Shown in pieces: positions 33,194-59,277 of a DNA stretch of 64,000 nucleotides (its first letter is position 1; every line of letters begins with the position of its first letter). Source of the stretch: the human T2T-CHM13v2.0 reference genome, Homo sapiens; the NCBI RefSeq assembly GCF_009914755.1, contig NC_060928.1; one strand, written 5' to 3'. The notes under the pieces are model-generated. The model saw only the letters and a program-made list of their open reading frames with translations. It ran no database searches and had not been told where the DNA came from. The position numbers were made by a program, and so were the translations under genes.

Positions 33194-35167
33194 CTAAGTG
33201 TGATCAGGATGAGAAACAGGGAAGAAGGAAATGTGGGGAAATGGCGAGAACATCAGGTGGATCAGAGAGATACAGTCATGAGGGTCAGGCGTGGTATCAG
33301 GAATAATGTGGGAGGCCGGATTGAAGTCCGGGCCAGGAACAATGGTACTTATGGGAGACTTAACAAAGAGTGAGTACAGCTGAAGGAGCCGGGGAGCAGA
33401 AAGTATATGCATCAGGTGTGAGGAAGAAAATAGATTTTGGAAATTATGAGAACTGTAGAGAGTGAGTTGAGCATGGTTTGTGATTTTAAGGACCTCTAAA
33501 AGTATTAGGGCAGCAGCAGCCACTGCATGGAGACATAATGGCCAGCCTAAAACAGTAAGGTCAAGTTGTTTGGACAAAAAGGCTACAGGAGGCAATCCTG
33601 GTCCTTGTGTAAGAATTTCGACTGCACAGCGCTGCACTTCGGTTGTGTGTAATGAAAAGGGTGGGGATGAGTCAGGGAGAGCTAGGGTGGGGGCAGTCTT
33701 TAAAGCTGTCTTCAAGGAACAGAAAGAGGGGTGGGGAAAGGATTTAAGATCTATGGGGTCAGCTAGGTTTACTTTTTTGAGTTTATATAATGGTTTTGTT
33801 AGGATGGCAAAACCAGGTATCTAAAGGTAAAAGTATCCAACCATGCCCAGGAAGGAAAGGAGTTGTTGTTCTGTAGCTGGGGTTGGGGTTTGAGAGATTA
33901 GTCGGACACGATCGTCAGGGAGAGCACGTGTGTTCTTATGAGAATTATGCTGAGATAGGTAACAGATAAGGGAGAAATTTGGGCTTGAGTGAAGTAATGG
34001 GGGCTGTCTGTGAAGCTTGGCGTCAGTACAGCCCAGGTAATTTGCTGAGCCTGATGGGTGTCAGGGTCAGTCCAAGTGAAAGTGAAGAGAGGCTGGGATG
34101 AAGGGTGCAAAGGAATAGTAAAGAAAGCAGGTTTGAGATCCAGAACAGAATAATGGGTTGTGGAGGGAGGAATTGAGGATAGGAGAGTATATGCGTTTGG
34201 CACCTTGGGGTGGATAGGCAAAACAATTTGGTTGATAAGGCATAGATCCTGAACTAACTTGTAAGGCTTGTCTGGTTTTAGGACAGGTAAAATGGGGGAA
34301 TTGTAAGGAGAGTTTATAGGCTTTAAAAAGCCATGCTGTAGCAGGCGAGTGATAACAGGCTTTAGTCCTTTCAAAGCATGCTGTGGGATGTGATATTGGC
34401 ATTGAGCGGGTTAAGGGTGATTAGGTTTTAATGAGATGGTAAGGGGTGCATGGTCGGTCGCCAAGGAGGGAGTAGAGGTATCTTCTACTTGTGGGTTAAG
34501 GTGGGTGGCAATGAGATGTAGCTATAGTCCAGGAATAGTCAGGGAAGCAGATAATTTAGTTAAAGTGTCTCGGCCTAATAAGGGAACTGGGCAGGTGGAG
34601 ATAACTAAAAGGAGTGCTTAAAAGAGTATTGTCTAAGTTGGCACCAGAGTTGGGGAGTTTTAAGAGGTTTAGAAGCCTGGCCGTCAATACCCACAACAGT
34701 TATGGAGGCAAGGGAAACAGGCCCTTGAAAAGAAGGTAATGTGGAGTGGGGAGCCTCCGTATTGACTAAGAAGGGGATGGACTTACCCTCCACTGTGAGA
34801 GTTAGGTAGAGCGTCTGTGATGGTCCTGTAGGCTTCCGAAGTGATCGATCAGGCAGTGTCAGTCTTCAGCTGCTAAGCCAAGAAGATCTGGGAAGGAGTC
34901 AGTCAGAGAGCCTTGGGCCGGAGTTCCAGGGGCTCTGGGAGTGGCTGCCAGGTGAGTTGAACAGTCCAATTTCTAGTGGGGTCCTGCACAGATGGGACAT
35001 GGCTTAGGAGGAATCCCAGGCTGTGGGCATTCCTTGGCCTGGTGGCCAGCTTTCTGGCACTTGTAGCAAGCTCCTGGGGGAGGCGGTTCTGGAGGAACGC
35101 CTGGCCACTGCGCTTTCAGCGTTTGGAAGTTCTTGTGTGCTGGAGATGTGGCTGGGGTTTGTCTCAC
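33194..35167 (-). pseudogene. HERV-H gag-pro-pol remnants
   Basis: ORFs 34973-35167 (NC), 34605-34793 (protease, with NTEA in place of DTGA), 33898-34374 (RT N-terminal part, no YxDD) and 33194-33715 (connection domain). Confidence 0.88.
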
Positions 35168-36169
35168 AGTGGAGGCAAAGAATTACAACTCAGAAATATG
35201 TTGCTTCTTGGCTGCCTCTACTCTATTATTGTACACCTTGAAGGCGAGGTTAATTAAGTCCCGTTGTGGGGTTTGAGGGCCAGTATCTAATTTTCAGAGC
35301 TTTATTTAATGTCGGGAGCAGATTGGGTAATACAATGTAGATTGAGAATAAGACGGCCTGTTGACCTTTCAGGGTCTAGGGCTGTAAAGCATCTCAGGGT
35401 TGCTGCCAAACGAGCCATGAACTGGGGTGGATTTTTATATTTGATGAAAAAGAGCCTAAATGCTATCTGATTTGGGATAAAGAAAAAGGAGCATTAACCT
35501 TGACTGTGCCTTTAGCTCCAGCCACCTTATTAAGAGGAAATGGCTGGGCAGGTCGAGGAGGGCTAGTCATGGAACTAAACTGTAAGCTGGAGCTGGTGTG
35601 AGGAGGGGAGGTGATAAAAGGATTATAGGGTGGAGGAGTGGAGGCTGAGGAAGCATTGGGGCCTAGCTCAGCCTGGCGAGGAGGGGAGAGGTCAGATTAG
35701 TCTTCAGAAAAGGAAGATTAGAAAGACTCAGTGACGCTTGAGGTTGGGACTGAGGGGACAGGTGGGATGGAAAGAAGGAAGATTTGGGATGAGTTGCACT
35801 AGGAACAGACTAGGGAGGGACCGACGTGTAAAAGAATGCCTGGACGTCAGTCCCCTCAGACCGTTTGCCCATTTTACTACAAGAAATATCTAGATCTTGT
35901 AGGATGGAAAAATTGAAAGTCTCATTTTCTGGCTATTTGGAACTACTGTCGAGTTTGTATTGGGGTCAAGAGGCATTGTGGAAGAAAATAAGGCATTTAG
36001 GTTTTAGGTCAGGTGTGAGTTGAAGAGGTTTTAGGTTTTTAAGAACACAGGCTAAGGGAGAAGAAGGGGGAATGGAGGGCAGAAACTTGCCCATAGTGAA
36101 GGAGGCAAGCCTAGGGAAAAGAGAGAGTAGAGACACAGAGATAAGGGGTGGGGGGGTTCTTGCCTTCCA

Positions 36170-36397
36170 GAAAAGCGAGAAAGGGGTTGGGGTGCAGAAA
36201 TAAAGGGTTGTAGTGCAGAGCTAAGAGGTCAGAGCACAGAAATAAGGGGTTGGGGTGCAGAGATAAGAGGTCCGGTCACGGAAATAAGGGATAGGGTCAC
36301 AGAGATAAGAGTTCGGGGCATGGAAATAAAGGATCGGGGCACAGAGATAAGAGTTTGGGGCACGGAAATAAGGGATCAGGGCACAGAGATAAGAGGG
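36170..36397 (-). repeat. Tandem repeat in the HERV-H leader (42-bp period made of two 21-bp halves)
   Basis: CACAGAGATAAGAG recurs at 36298, 36340 and 36382, with more degenerate units to the left. Confidence 0.85.
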
Positions 36398-36783
36398 TCT
36401 CCTGACCCTCCCCCAGAAAAGCGGGACTTGCCACTAAGGGTGAAGGACCAAGGCAGGCGTCCCTGCGTGGTCTGACACCAGGCCGGAATTTTGGCTCCAC
36501 GGATAAAACGTGTCTCCTTTGTCTCTACCAGAAAATGAAAGGAATTGAAATTAAGAGAAGGGAGAGATTGAAGTGTGGCGCCAAGATTGAAAGGAGAAAG
36601 AGGTTGAGGGATAGTGAGGGAGGTTGGAGAAGAGAGTAAAAAGAAGCCGCTTACTGGATTTGAAATTGGTGAGATGTTTCTTGGGCTGGTCAGTCTGAGG
36701 ACCTGAGGTCGTAGGTGGATCTTTCTCACAGAGCAAAGAGCAGGAGGACAGGGGATTGATCTCCCAAGGGAGGTCCCCCCCAC

Positions 36784-36801
36784 ATCCGAGTCACAGCACC
36801 A
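36784..36801 (-). promoter_or_regulatory. Primer binding site, tRNA-His
   Basis: TGGTGCTGTGACTCGGAT, one mismatch from TGGTGCCGTGACTCGGAT. Confidence 0.92.
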
Positions 36802-36803
36802 AA

Positions 36804-37154
36804 TTTCACATGGGTGTGTGTGAAGAGACCACCAAACAGGGTTTGTTTGAGCAATAAAGCTGTTTATTTCACCTGGGTGCATGTGGGCTGAGTCCGAAAA
36901 GAGTGAGTGAAGGGAGATGGGGTGGGGCCATTTTATATGATTTGGGAAGGTAAAGGAAAAAGGGGGGTTGTTCTCTGGCAGGCAGGAGTGGGGGGTCGCA
37001 AGGTGCTCAGAAGGGGAGCTTTTGAGCCAGGATGAGCAAGGAGAAGGAATTTCACAAGATAATGTCATCAGTTAAGGCAGGAACTGGCCATCTGGATGTG
37101 TACATGCAGGTCACAGGGGATATGATGGCTTAGTTTGGGCTCAGAGGCCTGGCA
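36804..37154 (-). repeat. HERV-H 5' LTR (LTR7)
   Basis: TGCCAGGCCTCTGAGCCCAAACTAAGCC ... GTGAAA. 51 bp shorter than the 3' LTR. Confidence 0.92.
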
Positions 37155-38435
37155 CTCTTCTCCAGAGGAGGAGACCGAGACAGAAGAGAAGAGGAGGAGG
37201 CAAGGTGATCACAGAGGCAGAGATTGGATCATGCGGCCACAAGTTGAGGAATTCTGATAGCCTCTACAAGCTGGAAGAGGCAAGGAATGGATTCTCCCCT
37301 AGAACCTCTGAAGGAGCATGGTCCTGCTGACATTTGATTGATTTTGGACTTCTGGCCTCCAGACATTTTTTTTCTTTTTTTTTTTTAGACAGAGCCTTGC
37401 TCTGTTGCCCAGTCTGTAGTGCAGTTGCACGATCTCGGTTCACTGCAACCTCCACCTCCCGGGCTCAAGCCATTCTCTAGCCTCTGCCTCCCAAGTAGCT
37501 GGGCTACAGGTGTGTGCCACCATGCATGGCTACTTTTTGTATTTTTAGTAGAGATGAGGTTTTGCCATATTGGCCAGGCTGGTCTTGAATTCCTGGCCTC
37601 AAGTGATCCACCCACCTCAGCCTCCCAAAGTGCTGAGATTATTTAGGTGTGAGCCACAGCACCAGGCCCAGACTTTGTTTGAAGCCACCCATTTCATGGT
37701 TCTTTGCTGCAGTGTTTGTGGAATATGAATGCACTCATGCTGTTGGTTGAACTTTGCTGACCTTGTGTCTGTTATTCCCTGGCAGTTCTACAGGGCCTGG
37801 AGCTGATACGAAAAACCTCCCTTCTTTCCCAAATGGTCCCCAGCTTCCCCGTTCACTGAAGGCCCTGCAGTCGGGAACAGTCAGGACTTTGTACCCAGTT
37901 GTTTTGGGTGTTTGGCCGACCCTTCCTCTTGTGTGATTCATGGACCCGCAGCATTGCGTCACCTGTGAGCTTTTGGAATTGAAGACTCTCAGGGCTCACC
38001 CGGGAGGACGTGCTGGGCCAGAATCTGCATTTTAACAAGATGCCCAGGTGATTTGCGTACACGTTCAGATCTGAGAAGCGCTGGTAGGAGAGGCTTTAAG
38101 GTGGTAATTAGATCTTTTCTCCACCTGCAAGAATCTTAGTTTCTTCATGTTAAATCAATTAACTGTGCCAATGTCATGGGTGTTATAAAACAAAACAAAA
38201 TCCTTACATCAAGAATGCACCCTGGTGTGTTATGGATGTGGGTGAAATGAAATGTCTGGAATTTGCTTTAAAATATCCTAAAATAGCAAGAAGGAAAAGA
38301 AAAGCGGGAACTGGAATGAGATTGGCGAAATGTTGACAAGTACTCACAGTGGGATGATGGGTGCATGGGGGTTCATGGTGCAATTCTCTCCCTGCTTTTT
38401 GTGCGTATGGGAAATTTCCATAATGAAAAGTTAGA

Positions 38436-39340
<905 letters not shown>

Positions 39341-39730
39341 CTCAACTGTTTTTCATGACTCCACTTTTTCTCCCCTCTTGGAAATGAGTAGTCTTTGAGG
39401 GAATGTCATTTTGTCTCAATCTCTGGTTTCTTTGCTCAGTGCAGCTGTGTTTGGGGCTTTGTTGATCTCCAGGCCTTTTTCAGCAGCGTTGTCCCTGGAG
39501 AGCAGGATGGGAGCTGATGGCTTCTCAGCATCTTTTAACTCAGTTTAAAGATGACTATCAACAACATCTAGTCAGCATCTGTTGCTCTCAGCAGCTGGGA
39601 CTTCATTTCCTTTCTCTTTCTCCACCTCTCTAACCTCTTGAAGACTCTGTCTTTGTCAGGGGTACAGCATCACCTGTGTGGCCCTTAGGCTCTCTTACAT
39701 ACATGTGATCTGTGTATTATGTCTTTACTT

Positions 39731-39950
39731 CAGGGCTTCTCAGCCAGGGGGTGATTTTGCCCCCCAGAGAACATGTGGCCATGTCTGGAGACAGTTTTGG
39801 TTGTTGCGGCTGGAGGAGGTGGTGCTCTTGGCATCTAGTGGGTAGAGGCCAGGGATGCTACTAAACATCCTACAATGCCCCGACAACTCCCACTAAGACA
39901 GAATAATGATCCAGCCCCAAATGTCAATAGTGCTGAAACTGAGAGACCCT
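39731..39950 (+). mobile_element. MER20 hAT-Charlie element
   Basis: CAGGGCTTCTCA...GGCATCTAGTGGGTAGAGGCCAGGGATGCT...TGAGAGACCCTG. Confidence 0.85.
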
Positions 39951-41339
39951 GATTCCATCTTAGAGATCATCCAAGCACACTTGGCCAAATTGTTTTTGCT
40001 ACTGTCCCATGAAGAAAAGGCAGACTCATGACTGATGGCAACATCGATGGGAATTTTGTTTACCTCTTCTTGGTGGACTTTGGGATACGATGACTTACCA
40101 TTTGTGCAAGTTGTGCATTACATACCTCCAGGGGGCAACACCCACATATTTATGAAAATGCCACCCCAGGAATTGCACAGTACATAGTCTACGTGGCAAT
40201 AAGCAGTTGCTCTGGTTTTGGGGTTGCCCTGGGCTGCTCTGAAACTTGGAGGAATTTTATCTCTGGCCATTAGAGGCCCTGAGCATGACATTGAGTATCC
40301 TTTCAAGAAAGGAGAAATGTTGAACAGAGAGGACCTCATTTTTATAACTCTTGACCATCATCTAGTTACGGAGCATCCACTTTTCACCCGTGGGCCATAT
40401 CCACTCGCCGGATGTAAAATGATCAAATTATAATATCATGGCTTACACTTTTGATAGCTTCTGCCCGGAACATGGCGGTAAGAGCCTCTCATTTTCAATT
40501 GATTCATTGGGGGAGAAAATATACAAGGCTGCCCTAAGACTTTCTATGACACACCATTTGCTTGACGGGATTTCTTTAGTTTCGGTAGCATAACTTATTC
40601 TAACTGGTCCTCAATCACTTTGCTATAAAACCTGAGATTGTGAAAATGTTCATTTTCATTACCAGTGATGGAGCAGTAAGTACAGAGTTCTGCAGAGGGA
40701 AGGAATCGAGAGATTTAAACTAGCAGAATGAGCTGCTCACCCTCAGAATTGCTTTTAATCTTGGTGAGAACTGAGGGGAATTTCGACAGGGTTCAGTGGG
40801 ACTGCGGGAAGTGGGGCTGGGAGATGGTTGTTTGCACGTGTGGTCAGCAAATCCAGTGAGGGGGTCCATGTACTGTGGGTAGCCCCACAGATGGAGTTGG
40901 GATTGCCCTGGACTGAGTACTGGGTCATCAGACTGCAAATCGCCATTCTCAAGACATCGAGGCCCAGGCTGGTGCAGGAGATGCATTGCAGTGTGTCAGC
41001 CTTTCTTCCATCGCTCCTCTCCAATGACAGTTCTCGATTTTCCACCGAGGAGTCACTAGTACCCCACGGCATGTGTGTGACTGGCCACTCCCCACCCTGA
41101 TCTGGGGCTGGGGCATGTGGTCCCAGCCTGGATGTCAATATCCTTCCACCACCCTGGCCACAGTGATTGGGTCTGAGAAGCAGATTAGCCAAAGGAGAGA
41201 CAATCTTGGAAATTTCATGTTCATGCTTAAGAAAGTAAAATGGAAAGCGGGGGGAGGGTGAGGGGTCATTCTGATGATATAGTTTGAGGACCTGGATGTA
41301 GCCACACCTGTAGCTGTCAACTCTGTGCCACAGTACTGC

Positions 41340-44582
<3,243 letters not shown>

Positions 44583-45111
44583 TAGGTGGGAAGAGGAAAA
44601 GTGTCTTGAAGGAAGTAAGTCCCTTCAGATAAGGGAGGGAGAAGCTTGATTAATATGCAGACTTGCACAGTCCTTCAGTCCTGGGGATACTAGAGGAGAG
44701 ACAGGTCTTGCCTTGTATTTGAGAGTTGCCATCCCAGGCAGAGGCCCTACTTCCACCTTCTTGCAGGTGGGGCTGGTGGGCACATACTTAGAGGAGAAAC
44801 GAACTTCCTTTGTAAGCATGTGAAAAGTTTCTGGAGTGGAGAGATGATGAAGCAGGATATTTGGAGTCAAAAGCCAATGTTTTTATTTCATTTTTTATTT
44901 TTTACTACACTTTAAGTGTTAGGGTACATGTGCACAACGTGCAGGTTTGTTACATATGTATACGTGTGCCATGTTGGTGTGCTGCACCCATTAACTCATC
45001 ATTTAACATTAGGTATATCTCCTAATGCTATCCCACCCCCACCCCATAAAAGGCCCCTGTGTGTGATGTTCCCCTTCCTGTGTCCATGGGTTCTCATTGT
45101 TTAATTCCTAG

Positions 45112-48970
<3,859 letters not shown>

Positions 48971-49034
48971 TATGATGTTAGCTGGTTATTTCGCTCGTTA
49001 GTTGATGCAGTTTCTTCCTAGCCTCAAGGGTCTT

Positions 49035-50072
49035 TACAATTTGGCATGTTTTTGCAGTGGCTGGTACCAGTTTTTCCTTTCCATTCTTAGTGCTTCCTTC
49101 AGGAGCTCTTGTAGGGCAGGCCTGGTGGTGACAAAATCTCTCACCATTTGCTTGTCTGCACGGATTTTATTTCTCCACTTATGAAACTTATTTTGGCTGG
49201 ATATGAGATTCTGGGTTGAAAATTCTTCTCTTTAAGAATGTTGAATATTGGCCCCCACTCTCTTCTGGCTTGTTTGTAGAATTTCTCCTGAGAGATCTGT
49301 TGTTAGTCTGATGGTCTTCCCTTTGTGGGTAACCCGACCTTTCTCTCTGGCTGCCCTTAACATTTTTTCCTTCATTTTAACTTTGGTGAATCTGACAATT
49401 ATGTGTCTTGGAGTTGCTCTTCTCGAGGAGTATCTTTGTGGCATTCTCTGTATTTCCTGAATTTGAATGTTGTCCTGCCTTGCTAGATTGGGGAAGTTCT
49501 CCTGCATAATATCCTGCAGAGTGTTTTCCAACTTGGTTCCATTCTCCCCGTCACTTTCAGGTACACCAATCAGATGTAGATTTGGTCTTTTCACATAGTC
49601 CCATATTTCTTGGAGGCTTTGTTCATTTCTTTTTATTCTTTTTTCTCTAAATTTCTCTTCTCACTTCATTTCATTCATTTCATCTTCCATCACTGATACC
49701 CTTCCTTCCAGTTGATCAAATCAGCTACTGAGGCTTGTGCATCCATCACGTAGTTCTTGTGCCTTGGTTTTCAGCTCCATCAGGTCCTTTAAGGACTTCT
49801 CTACATTGTTTATTCTAGTTAGCCATTCATCCACTCTAGTTAGCCATTCATCTAATCTTTTTTCAAGGTTTTTAACTTCTTTGCCATGGGTTTGAACTTC
49901 CTCCTTTAGCTCGGACTAGTTTGATCGTCTGAAGTCTTCTTCTCTCAACTTGTCAAAGTCATTCTCCGTCCAGCTTTGTTCCATTGCTGGTGAGGAGCTG
50001 CGTTCCTTTGGAGGAGGAGAGGCACTCTGATTTTTAGAGTTTCCAGTTTTTCTGCTCTGTTTTTTCCCCATC
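49035..50072 (-). pseudogene. L1 ORF1, disrupted
   Basis: Fragment KRPNLHLIGVPESDGENGTKLENTLQDI...RATPRHIIVRFTK in ORF 49232-49594. ATGGGAAAAAAACAGAGCAG start near 50071. Boundaries approximate. Confidence 0.88.
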
Positions 50073-50199
50073 TTTGTGGTTTTATCTACCTTTGGTCTTT
50101 GATGATGGTGATGTACAGATGGGGTTTTGGTGTGGATGTCCTTTCCGTTTGTTAGTTTTCCTTCTAACAGTCAGGACCCTCAGCTGCAGGTCTGTTGGA

Positions 50200-50328
50200 G
50201 TTTGCTGGAGGTCCACTCCAGACCCTGTTTGCCTGGGTATCAGCAGCAGAGGCTGCAGAACAGTGGATATTGGTGAGCAGCAAATGTTGCTGCCTGATTG
50301 TTCCTCTGGAAGTTTTGTCTCAGAGGAG
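50200..50328 (-). promoter_or_regulatory. L1 5' UTR segment of about 129 bp (ZNF93-binding region, lost in younger L1PA3/L1PA2/L1HS)
   Basis: The sequence between GGGTACTCC and TCCAACAGACCTGCAG is retained. The GCAGC-rich motif CAGCAGCAGAGGCTGCAG is at 50241-50258. Comparison with L1HS is from memory. Confidence 0.7.
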
Positions 50329-51776
50329 TACCCAGCCATGTGAGGTGTCAGTCTGCCCCTACTTGGGGGTGCCTCCCAGTTAGGCTACTCGGGGGTCAGG
50401 GACCCACTTGAGGAGGCAGTCTGTCCATTCTCAGATCTCCAGCTGCGTGCTGGGAGAACCACTCCTCTCTTCAAAGCTGTCAGACAGGGACATTTAAGTC
50501 TGCAGAGGATTCTGATGCCTTTTGTTTGGCAATGCCCTGCCCCCAGAGATGGAGTCTACAGAGGCAGGCAGGCCTCCTTAAGCTGCAGTGGGCTCCACCC
50601 AGTTCGAGCTTCCCAGCCACTTTGTTTACCAACTGAAGCCTAGGCAATGGCGGGCACCCCTCCCCCAGCATTGCTGCCACCTTGCTGTTTGATCTCAGAC
50701 TGCTGTGCTAGCAATGAGCGAGGCTCCATGGACGTAGGACCCTCCGAGCCAGGTGCGGGTTATAATCTGGTGTGCCATTTGCTAAGACTGTTGGAAAAGC
50801 ACAGTATTAGGGTGGGAGTGACCCGATTTTCCAGGTGCCATCTGTCACCCTTTTCTTTGACTAGGAAAGGGAATTCTCTGATGCCTTGTGCTTCCTGGGT
50901 GAGGCAATGCCTCACCCTGCTTGGGCTCACACTCAGTGTGCTGCACCCACTGTCCTGCACCCACTTTCTGACACTCCCCACTGAGATGAACCCAGTACCT
51001 CATTTGGAAATGCAGAAATCACCTGTCTTCTGCGTCACTCATGCTGGGAGCTGTAGACTGGAGCTCTTCCTATTTGGCCATCTTGGCTCCACCCCCACTA
51101 TTATGATTCCTACACAGAGTCCTTTGCTTTCCAGCAGCCTCCTCTCCCTCCTTTTTAGGTCGGAATCCCTCTATTTTAGTGGCCACTGGGATTCTGAAAT
51201 GACCAGGTCTTTGTCTCAGAGACCTCACACATGCTGTTCCCTCTGCCTGGAACACTTTTCCTTGCTCTGGTCCCCTGAGATCTGTTTCAGCTCAACTGCC
51301 TCATGCTGTGAGAGCCCCTTTCTCCCTCTCTAGGTTGAAGCCAGTTTACCCCTGTAGTCTGTGCTTGGAAAACTCATTTTCCTCCTTGGTACCTCCCGAG
51401 CTGTCATAGGATGTATGTGCCTGTTAGGGTGTCTGGTGTCTGTCTCCCCGACTGGACTGCATGCTCCTGGTGAGCTGGAGGGACTGGACTAGCACAGGCC
51501 AAGTCCCTGGGGCTGGAGGGAGCAGGGCAGAAGGCACAGGCAAAAGGCCTTTGTGATCTGGGGGGAAGTGAAGGAGAGGGAGAGAGATGAGAGAGGCTGG
51601 CAGAAGATGGGCTAGAGGCCAGGCTGCGTGGGATCTTTTGGGCCACAGAAAGACATTTGAATTCTCATGTAAGAGAACCAGGACACCATTGGAGTGTATG
51701 AGTCACCTCATCTAACTGAGCTCTGTAAATGTCAATGTTTTATTATTTTTATACAGTTCTTTAAAAGTGATTTTAA

Positions 51777-54700
<2,924 letters not shown>

Positions 54701-56494
54701 CATTGTAAAACAAAAACAAAAAAATATATACGATGGAGATCAGATGAGTCCTGCAAAGCTGATAGTATTTACTATCTAGCACTTTACATAGAAGCTTGCC
54801 TACCTCTGAATGATATGCAGGTACAGGGATGACATTTATCTTGGCACTTATAGAAAGACCTGGAAGTTGTATAAAGACGTCATCATTGGATTTCCAGTAA
54901 CAAGAAGCGGCAAGACATGACGGTGTGTCCGGGTGTTCAGGTGAAGTTTAGGGAAGGTCTTGTCTTGACGAGGTCGGATGTGACACCCAGATGAGATAAC
55001 CCTATTTCCCCTGCTGAAATTGCCTGAGAATTTCGTTCCAGTTATTTGCGTAGGTTGATTCTTTCGGTGGGGGTGGGCTGGGTGAGGAGGTGAAGTGTCA
55101 GGGGAGTTCTATTGTGTATTTGCACAACTTGGCTTTCTTTTCACTTGGTGTGGTGTTTTGCTGTATGAGGAATTTCATAGAATTTTGTGATGAGTATGCA
55201 GCGTAGTGGTTTGAATCCTGCCAGGCCGGGGGTCATATCTCAGCTCTGCAACTCATTATCTGTGACGCCTTGGGACAGGTCCCATAACTCTCCAAGCTTC
55301 TGTTATATACTCCATGGGGTTGTGAGGTTCAGATGAAATAATGCATGCTGGCAGGAATGGTTACTGCTCATGGGATTTCCATGTGCTCCCCGTATTCCCC
55401 AGACCCCCAGTAGTTAGATGGATCCATGCCAGGGTCCACTGCTCTATAAGTGGAAGTCACTGACATCACCTCTAGTCTACAGCTTTTGAGGGCTTTGGAA
55501 TAACTATCTCATCCTCTCATCTCCTGGTGCAGTAACTATGGGAGAATCCCTGCATTAAGATGGTAGAATTTCCATTATCCTAGGTCTTTGAGTGGCCATA
55601 TGGAGCACACCATAACCAGCCAACCCATTGTGGACATGGAATGTAAGAAATCAACCTTGGTTGCTAAGCTGCTGAGACTCTGGGGTTAATTTGTTACTGC
55701 AGCATAACCTAGTCCATCCTGATACATGCAGCATGCAAACCACTTACGTTGACCCTTAGCCATGGTAAGTGCCCCACAGATGTTGGTTACTTTTGGTAGG
55801 AAGATAGATTGCCTCTGAAAGTTTTGTTAGCTGATCTCATGATGCCAATGTTGCTATTTTTTGTATTTGGATAAATTGGACTTGGCTCTCCGTCCAGCAT
55901 GTGGGAGAGACAGATGACTGAGAGACAAGAAAGCACTATTATCTTCAGTTTGTGTCCTTGGATACCCTTGGTGGCAATGAACAATGTATGCTCCTCTGAG
56001 AAAACTGGACCTAAAGGAGAATGGGAGGTGATACCAGAATTGGGAATGTCCAAGGACCCAGGCATTCCCTGGTCTGGAGACCACTTTGAGTCCTTGGTTG
56101 GGAAGATTCTCCAAGGGAACATAAATGCTTTTACTATCTAGCTTGTCTCTTTGAGAATTAAAACTCTTTTTTTTTTTTATTCCAGTAGCTTTTGGGGTAG
56201 AGTTTGGCTCTTTGAGAATTGCATACTAATTAATTTTAGGGGTCATCCGTACACATCTCTATATTCCTGAAACACAGTAGAAACAGCCAGCAGTCAGGCA
56301 ACCATCTACCATGACCACTAAAACATCCCCAAAGTGAAACACCAGATGTGATCTGCTAGGTTTAGTGGAGGTGGCTGGCTCGAGAGTTGATTATATTCGT
56401 TATCGTCACTGTGGTGATTATGACCACAACATTTTGATGCATCTTCGTCTTCTTCTGGTGAGTTGCAGTTTGGAAGGAATAAATCCATTATTCT

Positions 56495-58811
<2,317 letters not shown>

Positions 58812-59077
58812 TCAGCATGATTTATCAGAAAGGAAAAACTTACCATATGTATATTTCCTATGCACAGGCTACTGCTGTGAATTCAAATTCTTAAATTCCA
58901 AAGATTAATTACAATGTTTCTCAAGACACACAATCTGTGTTAGAATCTGCTTATAATGAGGCTGAAGTTGAGTAAGAAGAGAACTGGCATTTAGGACACT
59001 ACTTTTCTTCTGTCAAGTACTGTCAATTTTACTTTCTGCCTGGAAGTAGATGCACCTCAAGGGAGGGTTACATGTAA

Positions 59078-59079
<2 letters not shown>

Positions 59080-59108
<29 letters not shown>
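59080..59108. repeat. (TG)n microsatellite
   Basis: About 14 TG units. Confidence 0.95.
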
Positions 59109-59277
59109 GTCGTTTCCAAAGATGGGTACAACTTTCTGCAAACGCTCGTGCAGTGTAATTGAACCAATCTTTCCTTTAAGAGGTAGAGTTTATATTCCTC
59201 TACATGAATCTGGGCTGCCTATGACTTGCTTTGGCCAGTGGAATGCAGCCAAAGTGATGGTGACCAACTTCTAGCCG

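Noticed and set aside
34605-34793. NTEA for DTGA in the HERV-H protease as evidence of locus-specific hypermutation
   Set aside because: As I recall, this is shared by the common deleted HERV-H lineage, and Trp codons elsewhere in this provirus are retained.
36170-36397. Regularly spaced repeats that look superficially like a CRISPR array
   Set aside because: It is a tandem repeat with no unique spacers, inside the HERV-H leader, in eukaryotic DNA with no cas genes.
36376-37068. 230-aa ORF
   Set aside because: It spans the HERV-H LTR, PBS and leader. C-rich sequence is poor in stops, so this is not gag.
40720-41192. Overlapping 88-145 aa ORFs in non-repeat DNA
   Set aside because: No recognisable homology or clear exon boundaries.
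50647-51333. 228-aa plus-strand ORF
   Set aside because: It is antisense to the L1 5' UTR (ORF0/antisense promoter region) and reads into the flank. There is no sign of a real protein.
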